Shown piece after piece: positions 13,001-25,737 of a DNA stretch of 64,000 bases. Origin of the DNA: Ranitomeya imitator. Lineage: Eukaryota. The stretch lies in the NCBI RefSeq assembly GCF_032444005.1, contig NC_091284.1:91884001-91948000 (forward strand), read 5' to 3'. Numbering within the stretch: position 1 is the first letter of the stretch; each line of letters opens with the position of its first letter. The notes beneath the pieces were generated by a model. That model was given only the letters and a program-made list of their open reading frames with translations. It ran no database searches and was not told where the DNA came from. The position numbers and the translations under genes were made by a program.

Positions 13001-14977
13001 ATGGCTATGCTATAATGACACTACGTATCACATCGCTATGAGATGGTTTTTATTTTTTGGTTTTATTCCCCCAGTTAATGTTACTGGATGTTGCTGATCT
13101 GTATGTAAAGACTTACTGAGTATGTGCAAGTAATATGGAGATAGTGATGTGTAATTGTCCACATTTTGGCTGCTCGTTGCTTATGACATCTGTGTGTCAT
13201 CTACAGAAGACTGGATGAGGAGGATGTTACAAATCACAAGACCTGAGATCACAAGAACTTGCCTGCTGCAAAGAAATGAATCACGACAGTCAGGGGCTTC
13301 ACATACATATCTGATGCACAATGAGTAGGGGACAAGATAACTCTCCATGTGAGACAATATTGATTTTGATAACTGTTGGGAGAGGATTTAAAATAATGTG
13401 AAATAGTGTTCCCCAAGCAGTGAATCTCGGACCCCTGAATGTGGGTTCTCCAGCTGCAGACCCTGTTGCATACTATTGTGGACCAGTGATCACAGAATTG
13501 CAAAATATGCTACTAGGGTCAAAGCATTTCACTGGTAGTGAAAGAGTAACTAAACTTTGAATTTGTTTTTTCATACCTGACAGGTGCATTTAAATTGCCT
13601 GCAAATAGGTGGTGGACTAAGTGTAGAGACCCCCACCAGTTACTCGGCAGACCACTATACAGTGCGCAGCTCAGAAGACAAAAGCACACAGCTCACAGAT
13701 TGTGGGTATGGATTGAATAAAAAGCATACATTGTGCTGTTTGGTGGGCTATTAAGCAATTGGTGGGGGTCTCAGGACCCCTATCACCAATCTACAGTTAA
13801 AGTGCCTAACAAATAGGAAAATAAAGTGTCCAAAGTTACTCTAACAATAAAAACTATATGTATATTAATTAGGTATATATTTTGTATAGTTTCCTGTTGG
13901 AAACCCCAACTTTTAAAAGTGCAACCAATATGAACATAAAGTACCATACTTTAACGGTGGTGCCCAATTCTGTTTTTGACTGATGTCCCCATATAATACA
14001 GTGCCAAGTATGCCACAAAACATATGCTCTCCCCAAAAAGAAAACAAATTTACGCATGAGTACCCACAAAACTCATCACGTTGTACACATAATGCCTGGC
14101 AGTGGGGTGTAATTCAGGTCACAAGGAAGCATAGACAACTTGATTCCATATGCCTTAATTTAACGGATCCTTCAGTACACAGAAAATCACTCCCCCTCAC
14201 TCATCACATCTGAGTAATTTCTGACATCCATAACATCCAGGCAACAAGATAGGAGAACAAGAGAAAAAGAACCATAACACATCACACATTGAGTGCTGTC
14301 ACGTTTCACTAATAGACAACTCTAAACATTTTGGTCTCAAATGAACATTGAACTTTTTTGTCTTAATTACCAAAAAGGGAAATCAACTAAATTTTGAACA
14401 AACAAACATCACTGAGATCAGAGATGATCTAAGGCACAGTCAAGGCTTAGTAAAGTAATGATCTCGGATACTAACCAAGCTAATTTGGAAATGATTGGTT
14501 CTCCTTGAGGAGACCCAGGTGGTGTAAAACATCTTATAGACAATGTTCCTTGCCAAAACGTATGTAAAGTACTACTCCAAAACCAAGCTGGATGCAAACA
14601 TATAAACAACAATAACCAAAGTAAAGCAAATCGCAATGCAAAGCTGAATGCCCAAAATACAACACGATACGTTGTCGTACGAGATGCATTAAATATAGCA
14701 ATGAAGGGTACGGAAACAGACTGCAATAGTATGAAGGAGACTTTCTTTATACTAGACAAGTAAATCTACAAATCCTATACAACTTTAATCCAAAAACAAA
14801 AAGGACATGTTATATAATAAAAATAATAATTATGCCTTCTGAAAACAGGATAAAAAATACCAATATCGGCAAAGAACAAGAGCTAAAAAATGACATATGC
14901 TATAATAATGATAATTATACACTCTGAAAACAGGATAAAAAGTACTAATATTCGCAAATAATGAAAAATGTCTTTAC

Positions 14978-15162
14978 CTCGGGAAGTAAGCCCTCTGTCG
15001 GAGTAGGCGAGACACCATCCACACTGTCTTGACTTCTGGCACTGAGCTGTGGAGACATGGTCGGAGATTCATCGATATAGGGCATGGTTTCCGACCCCTC
15101 ACGAGAGCTCTTCTGCTCCTCATTCCCTTCGGCGTCGTACCCGTCGGTGCCGTAGTTGAAAT
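14978..15162 (-). CDS. ABR: ABR (active BCR-related RhoGEF/RhoGAP) coding exon 2
   Basis: Encodes [62 protein letters not shown], matching the recalled ABR N-terminus (..[22 protein letters not shown]..). Acceptor TTCCTCGTCACAG and donor GAG|GTAAAG; 185 nt, phase 1 to phase 0. Confidence 0.96.
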
Positions 15163-16049
15163 CTGTGACGAGGAACAAGAAAGGCCGTTGAGTGCCTTCG
15201 ATAAGGGCAGCCAACGAAGAGGAGTACGGCTTGTGCCTGGGGGTCATACTGGCATCGGGGCTTCTTGAGGGGAGAAGAGAAAAGAAATGGGAAGCACGGG
15301 GAAATGAACGCTGCAAAAGGTTGACAGAAAAGAGAATAGGCTGAAAACGAGCACAGGACGAGGAAGGAGGAAACTGATGGAAAGGGGAATAAAATAAAGG
15401 GCAAACAAGTTTAAATATGTAGATGAGCAGGTGTGAGGAAAAGTGAAAACTGGAAAATTGAGTTATCGAAGAACGGAATAAAAAGCAAGACAAACATAGA
15501 AATGGTGAAATAATTAGTGGATAAGTAGAAATAAATATGCTGAAAAACGATAATATGAGGAGAGCACAGAGAGACGGAGGACGGCACAGCACATAGGAGA
15601 AGCATCGGGAAGCTGGAGAAGAAGCCAGAAGTGCCGGTCCCCAGGTTACATGGAGACTACAGAGGTCAATTGACCACCTCTGCAACACACTACGACTGAG
15701 GGATTAGGGGAAGCCTGTGAGCTTGTGAAAACTGGAAAATCAGCGGCTGTCCACAGATGACAGCATCTGAGCTATTCCGGGCCCTGCTCGTTGCCTCCTT
15801 CTCTGAGTCAGAGAGACCGAAGGGGGGTGTGGGGGCTCACTGTTTCCATTTTAAAGCTCCAGTTATTGTACAAATACAATTTATAAAAAGGTACATGTAA
15901 AAAGAACACCTTTACTGCGAAGAGCGGCGTCGATTTCTCTGCCAATTGTTTTCTTTTCTTTTTTTTTTTCTCTCCTGAGAGCGCTGTTTTATATTCTATA
16001 CGTTTAAGATTTAACTCTAAATCATAGGCCTTAAGCCCCTGGAACTGGC

Positions 16050-16063
16050 GTCACCATGGCAAC
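16050..16063. promoter_or_regulatory. RFX X-box motif GTCACCATGGCAAC
   Basis: Full match to GTYRCCATGGYAAC in apparently unique sequence ~0.9 kb upstream of ABR exon 2. Confidence 0.5.
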
Positions 16064-17077
16064 CTTCAATGCAGGATTTTTAGAAAATGTGCAGACACTT
16101 TACAAAAGTCCTAATCGGTTACTGTTGAGAGGAGTGGGCTTCTCGGAGCGGAAGAGAATGGACATGAAACAAAAACACAAAAGAGAAGTGACAAGCGCAC
16201 AGGTAATCGGCTGATGGCTGGCACTATGCCCGAGTTCAAACCGGCCATCACACTCACGGAACAATGTGGTAGGGCTGTCAGTAAATATTAAGACCATTAT
16301 AAGAGACGGAGGAGCAGATACCCCATATGATTGATATTAGATCCATCTTAGAGGGGTATTACAGATTAAAAACAATTTGCCGTCCACTGGTCTCATCTCC
16401 AGGTGATCTTTGTCCACATTCTCCTTTGGCTGTACGACCATAGACAGGAGCTGGATGGAGAAGAAAGTCACATACGCACCTAGCTGCCTCATTTATGGCA
16501 GTGACAATGATAGCGGACTGCTGCACTCTTATCTTTGTCCGTGCTATAGACTGAGTGAAACATAAGTGTGTACCCTTCCCTATGGAGGTACCGAACCCTC
16601 CATAAAGCCCCTCCTGGCCGCGACTGCGACCACGGAAGAACCAACAATCCTCTTGTACTGGGTAAAGTAGAGGTCCCAACCTGGGATCTGCAACAGTCTA
16701 ACAGACAGCACTTATCTAGTGGATAATGTTTATAAACTAGGTTACCCATTACTGTTATATATAAATGGATTTCATACAGTAAAAATGGTACATAAATTCT
16801 GCCAATGGAATATGGAGAGTGGCGCTTTCATAGAGAACACAGTAGTGCTCGGCTAAGCGAGCGCTCCTGTGTACAGAGGGTCTGCTGAATGATTAGATAT
16901 TCAATGTGTATCACAACTCCTTCGCATCTGCCTTACTTTCATAGACAAAATCTTAAAAAGGAATCTGTCAGTAGGATCAACCCTCCTAAGCAGTCTATAT
17001 GGGCATGTAGTTCATGGAAAGTTGAATAAAATAATATCTTATCACAGATCTTAAAGGGAACCTGTCCCCCCCCTAAA

Positions 17078-18883
17078 TCGAATATACCGTACAGGTGCTA
17101 AGGTGGGGCCCCGACATGGGATACTCACCACACACGGGGATATGAACACCCACACAAAATGCGCCACACACTACCACGTGCTTGAACACATATACCACCC
17201 TCAGCACACATTTCACCACACATACACCAACCTCGCCACATAAAAGTCGAAACACAAAAGTCGCCACGCGCAATATTCGCCACATGCAAAACTAGGCTCA
17301 CACAAAACTCGCCACACGTGCAAAACTCACCTCATGGAAAACTCGCCACACGCAAAACTTGCACACGTGGAAAAATTGCCACATGCACAAAAGTTGCAAC
17401 ACATGCAAAAGTTGACTCACACAAAACTTGCAGACTCAAAACGCACCACACATAAAACTCGCCATGTGCAAAACTCGTCATGCACAAAACTTGCGGCACC
17501 CAACTTGCTACACTAACCAGTCATATGCAACTCGACACACAAAAAGTTGCTACATGCATGTCGCCACACAAAACTCATCCCATGAAAGTCGCTACATGCA
17601 TGTCGCCACACGCAACTCAACACACACAACCTGACACATGAAACTCGCCCTAAAACACACACAAGTCTGGTATTATCCTTCAAAAATAAAAATCTGATTA
17701 ATAAGCAGACAAACTACAAGAGCAGCAAAAGTACCATATAGGAAATACGGCAGCTGTCAGTCACATGACCTGTCTATTATGTGTATGTGTGAGCTAATAT
17801 ATACTGCCAGGGGGGAGGGCTTCCTGTTGGTTGGGGATTTATCAGACTGCCAATAGCAACCAATCACAGCTCAGCTTCTATTTTGCTACAGTTAATTAAT
17901 CTGAGCTCTGATTGGTTAATATAGGCAACAAAGGACGTTCTCAATATAACAAAGCTTGTGTGAGGTAATAGCATGTCAGTTAGGGTGTTTTTATTGGAAA
18001 GGCTGATGTCAGTCACATTAACTATGTGAGAGGATATAGAAACTGCCAGTTACAGACTATTTTTACCACAATAATGCATCATAAGGAATTCCATGGCACG
18101 AATGTCAGCTGATGCGAAAAGAAAAGCTGCATTACGGGCCAATGAAAAATGTGAAGACCGAGAAACAAGGCTGACATACATGAGAACAGCCGCTGCTTCC
18201 TCAAGAGTCAATGAACTTTCTGAGGAGGGAAGTGAGGCTTGCACACAAGAGAAAAAGAGCTGCTTCCTCAAGAGCCAATGAACTTTCTGAGGAGAGGGAA
18301 GTGAGGCTTGCAGACATGAAAACAATAGCTGCTTCCTCAAGAACCAATGAACTTTCTGAGGAGAGGGAAGCGAGGCTTGCAGAAGATGTTTTCATTCCAA
18401 CAATTCCTCTCATTCCATCTGATTTGCCTTTTGATTTTAAACGCCTCCAGTTTCCTGTTCGACTGGCATTTGCTATGTCCATCAACAAGGCTCAGGGACA
18501 GTCCTTGAAAGTAGTTGAAATCGATTTACAATCTCCATGCTTTTCTCATGGTCAACTTTATGTGACCTGTTCAAGAGTTGGAACAGCCAAAGTCTTTGCA
18601 CCTGAAGGAAAAACTAAGAATGTTGTTTATCAAAAGGCTCTCGAATAAGTAGTAGAAGATTACTTCACGTTACTTGGCCAATTAAGTTAAATCTGTGTGG
18701 AATATCTCTGGTGTTGAAATATATGTTGTGAAATACTTCTATTAGCTTAGTTTTTGCCTTTTAATAATTACATTTATACCTATTTTGTTTTGTGGTTTTT
18801 GTGTGCAGAATAAATTTTTGTTAACTCGTTCTATTTTGCTAACAGCAGTTATTAACCCATGCGAAGCCGAGTAGTTTAGCTAG
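17078..18883 (+). mobile_element. Internally deleted Helitron
   Basis: Pif1 helicase C-terminal motifs (FPVRLAFAMSINKAQGQS..FSHGQLYV..SRV), a degenerate 3' hairpin region, then CTAG|T at 18880-18884. The 5' boundary is approximate. Confidence 0.85.
18093..18648 (+). pseudogene. Helitron Rep/Hel remnant: STPR-like 23-aa repeats fused to the Pif1 C-terminus
   Basis: 69-bp/23-aa repeats (E..ER..RL..M/K...ASSR) run in frame into VFIPTIPLIPSDLPFDFKRLQFP..; a 1-nt deletion near 18227 splits the ORF. Confidence 0.8.
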
Positions 18884-19808
18884 TTTAACTATAAAAAGAT
18901 AGTCCTGGCTAAAGGATATAGTGGTACCGATAAAGCTTTCAAAAACTGTAAAGCTTGTTTGATTAGGGGTCATTTTTTGATTGGTAGGAGTTGCAATGGA
19001 GTTGAACACAATCACACAGAAGTTGTCACATCGTAAAGGGTTAGTCCTTAAAAATCAGGTTATCCCCTATTGATAGAGGATAACTTGTTGATTGCTGGAG
19101 CTCTGCAGCACTATTCTGAATGGATCGGAAGTGTCCACGTGCAGCCTCTGCTCCATTCACTGCCTATGAGGCTGACCAGCACAACGTTATTCCCGTCATT
19201 CCCATAGACCAGGGTTCCTCCACTCCTCCAGGCCCACCAAAAGATCATAATTAAAGGATTCCCTTAGTATCGATATGTAGGTGTTGAACCTGGCCATATA
19301 CAGTGAATGGAGTGTAGGCTGAGCATGCACACCTCCACTCAATTTAGGATGGGAGTGAGAGCTCTGTTCTCAGGATCGCTTGATTTTTACTCAACCTTTT
19401 AAGGAAGGGAAGAAAAAAAAACCCTTTGGCCATCAGTTTTCATACTCTTTATTATATATATTTTTTCTGTCTGGCCAGGAAACAAAGTACAGTATATAAG
19501 GATTCCAAACCTGTAAAAGTCATTTCCACCCACTGTCAGCAAGACACCTACACTTTTCCAGGATGGATTAGTACTCATTTACATAATTAATGTACAGTAA
19601 AAGCATGAGGTAGATTTAAAGTCAGTGGAAAAAAAAAAATCCCATACCGATCAATAGCTTTTACTCCGTGAGCGCACAATACTTCGTGCACACTCCAGGC
19701 CTTATTGTATAACCATCAGCAAAAGAGCCGGACCACCGAGGACTCGCTGCTGTCTTCAGATGAGGAATTCTTTAGGCTCGTTACACACACAAGACCATCA
19801 GACACTCA

Positions 19809-20250
19809 GGCTATATTCACATGGTCAGTTTTTGCTTTTTTTATGCAAAGTTTAAAGTGTGTTTAAGTTGATTACAAAAAGAAGGTTTGGATTAGTTTTT
19901 GCTGCGTTTTTATCATTGTACATTTGTCTCTTGTGCATGCTCATAGTTTAGTGCCTAAAAAATAACCTGATTCAACTTCATCAGGTTTCGCCGCCAAAAA
20001 AGCTGATACTTGCGTTTTTTGCACTACCCATTACTTTTAATGGGTGAAAAATGCTGAAAAAGGCTGAAAGTAGTGACATGATGCATTTTGCTCTTTGACG
20101 AAACAGTCAGAGGAAAAAAAGAAAGAAAAAAAAAGTGTGTGCATGAGATCTCTGAAATGTAAAACTTTACTGGTACTGTGAAACAGATGAAAATTTACAT
20201 TAAAAAACGGTGCAAAAAATGCTGCAAAAACGCAACGTGTGAACATAGCC
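19809..20250. mobile_element. Harbinger-type MITE
   Basis: TIRs GGCTATATTCACA / TGTGAACATAGCC; the TSD is degenerate. Confidence 0.65.
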
Positions 20251-21556
20251 GTAGACTCCAATTAATCAAAGGAATTTTGATAGCATTCTTGAGTAAATTA
20301 CTTTGACAAGTCAGAGTTGTGACAAAGTCAAAAGTGGCAAAATGTTTATGCAACAGTTTCCCCTAGCTCCCCCAAAATGGGCACAGCTGTGGTGGAATGG
20401 GTGCGCAGCGGGGAACAAGTTGTGACGAGGCTAAAGCCACTCATCAGACACTACTTTTCATGAATCAGGAGAAAAAACTAAGAGAAAATCACTGGTCTTA
20501 ATGAATCGGGGCCTAAGGATATTATTACTAAAGCTTTTTTTGGGTAATTTTTGCTGGGGCTCTGGGGCAGTCGCTTTTGTTCTTTTCTTCCTTTTATGTA
20601 TAAAATAGAGAGCGTCATCCAAGTGGATGCCACCTGAAAAATGTCACTTCTAGGGTTTAAAAAAAAGCTAAAAAAAACTTGAACATATGAACAGCAAGTC
20701 GTGTTTAAAATTCAATGCCCACGTTAACTCTTTTCAGAGTTTCTTTAGCACTTTTTCAAACGGGTTACGGAGCGTACCCACCTGAAAGCAACCAGTCACT
20801 GCACAAATCTGACTTTTTTGGCCTCCTCTAGACGTCCATTTTCCACATATGTGATCTAGCCATGGTTTCACAGATAACACATAAACCCGTTATAATCTAT
20901 GGTGCAGTTCACATCTGTGTTATGTGGGTGTTTGCAAACTGTGTGCGCAGACAAGAAAAAAAAAATCTTGGCGATGTCTCAGTTTTTGATGATTTGCTTT
21001 GAAGGAAAATCATCCATTCAAGTCTATGGATCTGTGAAGCAATGACTGACTGCTCACATCATCAGTGTGTACTCCATTAATTCTGTAATGGGGTAGGAGA
21101 AGACTTGCAATTTTTGGGGGGCATACAAGAAATTCACTGATAGCAAGAATGGACAAACTCACCAAACACTTTTCGTTTTCCGTTTCCAAACACTAAAATG
21201 CTGCTGTGATCAGTGCGAGACCAGTCTCTTGTATCCACCCCAAACATGTGGTGGGCACATTCGCCATTCAGGTGCAGTGGATGCCACCCAGGACTCTGTT
21301 CACATTTTGGTTCGTTTTTTGCTTGTTTTTTGCTTCCAAAAATGGTATAGCTCAAAAGCACTACGTACCTGACATCCATTAGAGACTGAAGCCTTCTACA
21401 CCCCCAATACATAGTAGTGTTCAAAATAACAGTGTGTTCAAAAACATGAGCTAATCACAAAATCTTTATACTATTTTTTATTTCCATGTATTGGGAACAT
21501 TGTACATTGTTTTCTATTTCAAAATATGAAGAGAAATGTATATAATTTTTTAACTA

Positions 21557-22884
21557 CGGTATATACTCGGCTATAAGCCGACCAGAGTATAAGCAGAGAC
21601 CCCTAATTTTGCCACAAAAAACTGGGAAAACTTAAAGGGACACTGTCACCTGGATTTGGAGGGAACAATCTTCAGCCATGGAGGCGGGGTTTTGGGGTTT
21701 TTGATTCACCCTTTCCTTACCCGTTGGCTGCATGCTGGCTGCAATATTGGATTGAAGTTCATTCTCTGTCCTCCGTAGTACATGCCTGCACAAGGCAATC
21801 TTGCACAGCGCAGGCATGTACTATGGAGGACAGAGAATGAACTTCAATCCAATATTGCAGCCAGCATGCAGCCAGCGGGTAAGGAAAGGGTGAATCAAAC
21901 ACCCGAAAACCCCGCCTCCATGGCTGAAGATTGTTCCCTCCAAATCCAGGTGACAGTGTCCCTTTAATGACTCGAGCATAAACCTAGGGTGGGAAATGCA
22001 GCAGCTACTGGTAAATGTCAAAAATAAAAACAGATACCAATAAAAGTAAAATTAATTGAGACATCAGTAGGTTAAGTGTTTTTGAATATCCATATTGAAT
22101 CAGGAGCCCCATATAATGCTCCATACAGTTCATAATGGGCCCCAAAAGATGCTCCATACAGTTCATGATGGGCCTCATCAGATGCTCCATAATAAAATAT
22201 GCCCCATATAATGCTGCACAAAGGTTAATAATGGCCCCATGAGATGCTCCATAGACACATTTGCCCCATACAATGCTGCATAAAGGTTGATGGCCCCATA
22301 AGATGCTCCACAGATTATGCCCCATAAGATGCTCCATAGATTATGCCCCATAAGATGTTCCATAGATTATGACCCATTAGATGTTCCATAGATTATGCCC
22401 CATAAGATGCTTCATAGATTATGTCCCATAAAATGCTCCGTAGATTATGCCCCATTAGATGTTCCATAGATTATGCCCCATTAGATGCTCCATAGATTAT
22501 GCCCCATAAGATGCTTCATAGATTATGTCCCATAAAATGCTCCATAGATTATGCCCCATATGCTGTGAATAAAATAAAAAAATCACATACTCACCACTTG
22601 TCGCTCAGGCCCCCGGCACTTGCGATATTCACCTTCCCCGTTCCACCGCTGCACGCTGCTCTGTCTTTCGGCTCTCTGACTGTTCAGGCGGGTGCCCGGA
22701 GACCATCGGACATACAGGGACCACGCCAGGAGCAGGAGAGTATGTGACATCCGCCGCTCCCCCTCCCCCCCCCCCCCCCCCCCCGACTCCCTGGGATAAC
22801 TCGACTCGACTATAAGCAGAGAGGGGCACTTTCAACCTAAAAAAAATGGGCTGAAAATCTCGGCTAAAACTCGAGTATATACGG
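21557..22884 (-). mobile_element. Tc2-like non-autonomous element with internal 26-bp minisatellite
   Basis: TA|CGGTATATACTCG..CTCGAGTATATACGG|TA; inverted relative of 10729-11776; unit GATTATGCCCCATAAGATGCTCCATA repeated at ~22290-22560. Confidence 0.8.
21636..21963. mobile_element. T2/Kolobok-type MITE (near-perfect palindrome)
   Basis: TTAA|AGGGACACTGTCACC..GGTGACAGTGTCCCT|TTAA; the empty site with a single TTAA is visible in the sister element near 11717. Confidence 0.92.
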
Positions 22885-23244
22885 TACTTTACAAAAAAAC
22901 AACAAAAAATGAACATTGAGCTGTTCTAAATAATAGCAGGGTCTGCATTTGTCTTTGCAAACTCACAATATGTACTATTTTGTCGATTTAGCATTCCTGT
23001 GGATCAGTAACCTAATATTTAGTTGATACCCATAGTTTTTTGGGGGGGGGTGGGTTTAGAACTGCTTCACATCTATGTTACATAGAGTGAACTAACGTCT
23101 GGCTACATCCCACAATTCTTTGGCAATTGTTGGCTTTGCCTCAGAAACGGTATTTTTAGCCCCTTAATGACTGGAGGCATTTTCAATTTTGTGTTTTTCG
23201 TTTTTTTGCTCCCCTTCTTCCCAAAGCTTTTTTTTCCGTCAATA

Positions 23245-24575
23245 CACTGTGTTCCAAATTATTATGAAAATTAGATTTAAGTGTCATAAAGATTTAATTG
23301 TTTTGTTTTTTTAAATAAACTCATGGATGGTATTGTGTCTCAGGGCTCAATGGATCACTGAAATCAATCTTAAACACATGTGATAATTAGTTTTCCTGGT
23401 GATTCAAAATAAAGGAAAACTACTTAAATATGATGTTCCACATTATTAAGCAGGCCACAGTTTTCAAGTAACATGGGAAAGAAAAAGGATCTCTGCTCCC
23501 TAAAAGCATCAAATAGTGTAATGCCTATGTCAAGGGATGAAAACATTAGATATTTCCCTAAAAGTTAAGCGTTATCATTGTACTGTTAAGAGATTTGTGG
23601 CTGATTCTGAGCACAGACAGAGTTCGTGCTGATAAAGGCATAATGAGGAAGGTTTCTGCCACACAAATTCATGGGATTAAGAGAGCAGTTGCCAAAATAC
23701 CATTACAAAGCAGCAAACAGTTATTTGAAGCTGCTGGTGCCTCTGGAGTCCCTCGAACCTCAAGGTGTAGGATCCTTCAAAGGCTTGCTGTGGTGCATAA
23801 ACCTAATATTCAGCCACCATTAAACAGTTTTCACAAGCAGAAATGGTTAAAGTGGGCCCAGACATACATGAACACTAATTTCCAAATAGTCTTGTTTACT
23901 GATGAGTGTCAAGCAACCCCGGATGGTCCAGATCAGTGGTCCCCAACTCCAGGCCTCGAGGGCCGCCAACAATGCAGGTTTTCAGGATTTCCTTAGTATT
24001 GCACAGGGGTTGGAATCATCACCTGTGCAGATGATCACATTACCACCGATGCAATACTAAAGAAATCCTGAAAACCTGCACTGTTGGCGGCCCTCGAGGC
24101 CTGGAGTTGGGGACCCCTGGTCCAGATGGATGGAGAAGTGGATGGTTGGTGGATTGCCACCATGTCCCAACAAGGCTGCGACATCAGCAAGGAGGTGGAG
24201 GAGTCACATTTTGGGCCTGAATCACGGGGAAACAGCTGGTAGGACACTTTAAGGTTCCTAAAGGTGTGAAAATGACCTCTGCAAAGTATGTAGAGATTCT
24301 GACTGACAACTTTCTTCCATGGTCTAAAAAGCAGAAATGTGCCTTCAGGAGCAAAATCATCTTCATGCATGACAATGCACCATCTCATGCTGCAAAGAAT
24401 ACCTCTGAGTCATTGGCTGCTATGGGCATAAAAAGGAGATAAACTCATGGTGTGGCCACCATCTTCCCCTGACCTCAACCCTATAGAGAACCTTATTAGA
24501 CTGACTGTCATTAGCACTGACCATTTAGGAAAATCTGAGAAAAATATAATTTGCATAATAATTTGGAACACAGTG
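23245..24575 (+). mobile_element. Tc1-like DD37E (TRT-type) element, defective
   Basis: TA|CACTGTGTTCCAAATTATTATG..CATAATAATTTGGAACACAGTG|TA. Motifs FTDEC, HDNAPSHA and WPPSSPDLNPIE give 37 residues between D and E after correcting one extra A. The C-terminus is deleted. Confidence 0.88.
23934..24119. mobile_element. hAT-type MITE (186 bp)
   Basis: TIRs CAGTGGTCCCCAACTCCAGG / CCTGGAGTTGGGGACCCCTG with 8-bp TSD GTCCAGAT. Confidence 0.92.
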
Positions 24576-25373
24576 TATGGCCATGTGAGGGCTTGTTTTT
24601 TTGCGGGACGAGTTGTACTTTTGAATACCACCATTGGTTTTACCATATCATGTACTGGAAAACGGGAAAAAAAAATTCCAAGTGCGGTGAAATTGCAAAA
24701 AAAGCGAAATCCCACAGTTGTTTTTTCTTACCATGTTCACTAAATGCTAAAACTGACCAGCCATTATGATTCTCCAGGTCATTACGAGTTCATAGACACC
24801 AAACATGTCTAGGTTCTTTTTTTATTTAAGTGGTGAAAAAAAAAAAAACTTTGGTAAAACAAAAAATGGCATTTTAAACGACTTGTAGAGTGTTCATTTT
24901 TCATGATCTCGGGTTGGGGGAGGGCTTATATTTTGCGTACCAATCTGACGTTTTTATTGATAACATTTTGCTGTAGATACAATCTTTTGATCGCCTGTTA
25001 TTGCATTTAATTCCAATGTAGCGGCGACCAAAAAAAAAATGTAATTCTGACATTTGAAAAAAAAAATGTTCTCGTTACGCCGTTTACCGATTCTATCCTT
25101 TTTTATATTGATAGATAGAATGATTCTGAATGTTGTGATACCAAATATGTGTAAGTTTGCTTTTTTTCATTGTTTTCTTTTGAACGGGGAGAAAAAGGGG
25201 TGATTTGAACTTTTAGATATATGTTTTTTTTTAAATTATTATTATTTTTTTTTTTTTTACTTTTTACACGCTTCAATAGTCTCCATCGTAGAGTAGAAGC
25301 TGCAGTACTTTGATTGGCTCTGCTACATACAGCAGGACAGCCTATCATTGTCAGCACTTCTTTATAAGTTTTA

Positions 25374-25737
25374 GGGCAGGTTTCCAAGCGGCGTATTCTG
25401 AGCGGTTTGGAAGCAGCGGACACCCGCCCCCCGTCCAAAGTGCTGCCGACTTTTGTACGCACGGTGATTCCGCATGTGTTCATTGATCCGTGCGGAATCA
25501 CCGCATCCTACACATAAGACGGTGCGATTTATCTTGCGGAAACTGAGCGTCTCCGCAAGATAAGTAGACATGCTGCGGTCTGGAAAGACGCGCCGCATGT
25601 GCGTATACGCAGGTCTACTGCCTACGTGTTTGCACGTATAGTGGAGATGGGATTTCATAAAATCCCCTCCACTATGCAGTAACATCTGGATGCTGCGTAT
25701 CCAATCCGCAGCAAATACGCCATGTGGAAACATACCC
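25374..25737. mobile_element. Harbinger-type MITE in the Tc1 ORF
   Basis: TTA target duplication; removing it restores GEGKTYK in the minus-strand transposase. Confidence 0.85.

Larger units (their letters stand above)
23156..25330. mobile_element. piggyBac-like non-autonomous fragment
   Basis: Starts ..CCCCTTAATGAC, resembling the TTAA-CCC class, and resumes at 24576 after the DD37E insertion; boundaries approximate. Confidence 0.5.

Noticed and set aside
13207-13330. Plus-strand exon after CTACAG (DWMRRMLQITRPE..)
   Set aside because: No recognisable homology, a stop follows soon after, and there are no partner exons.
14945-15688. 247-aa standalone protein
   Set aside because: It starts at GTG; only the segment from 14978-15162 is ABR exon 2, and the rest is pyrimidine-rich intron with few possible stops.
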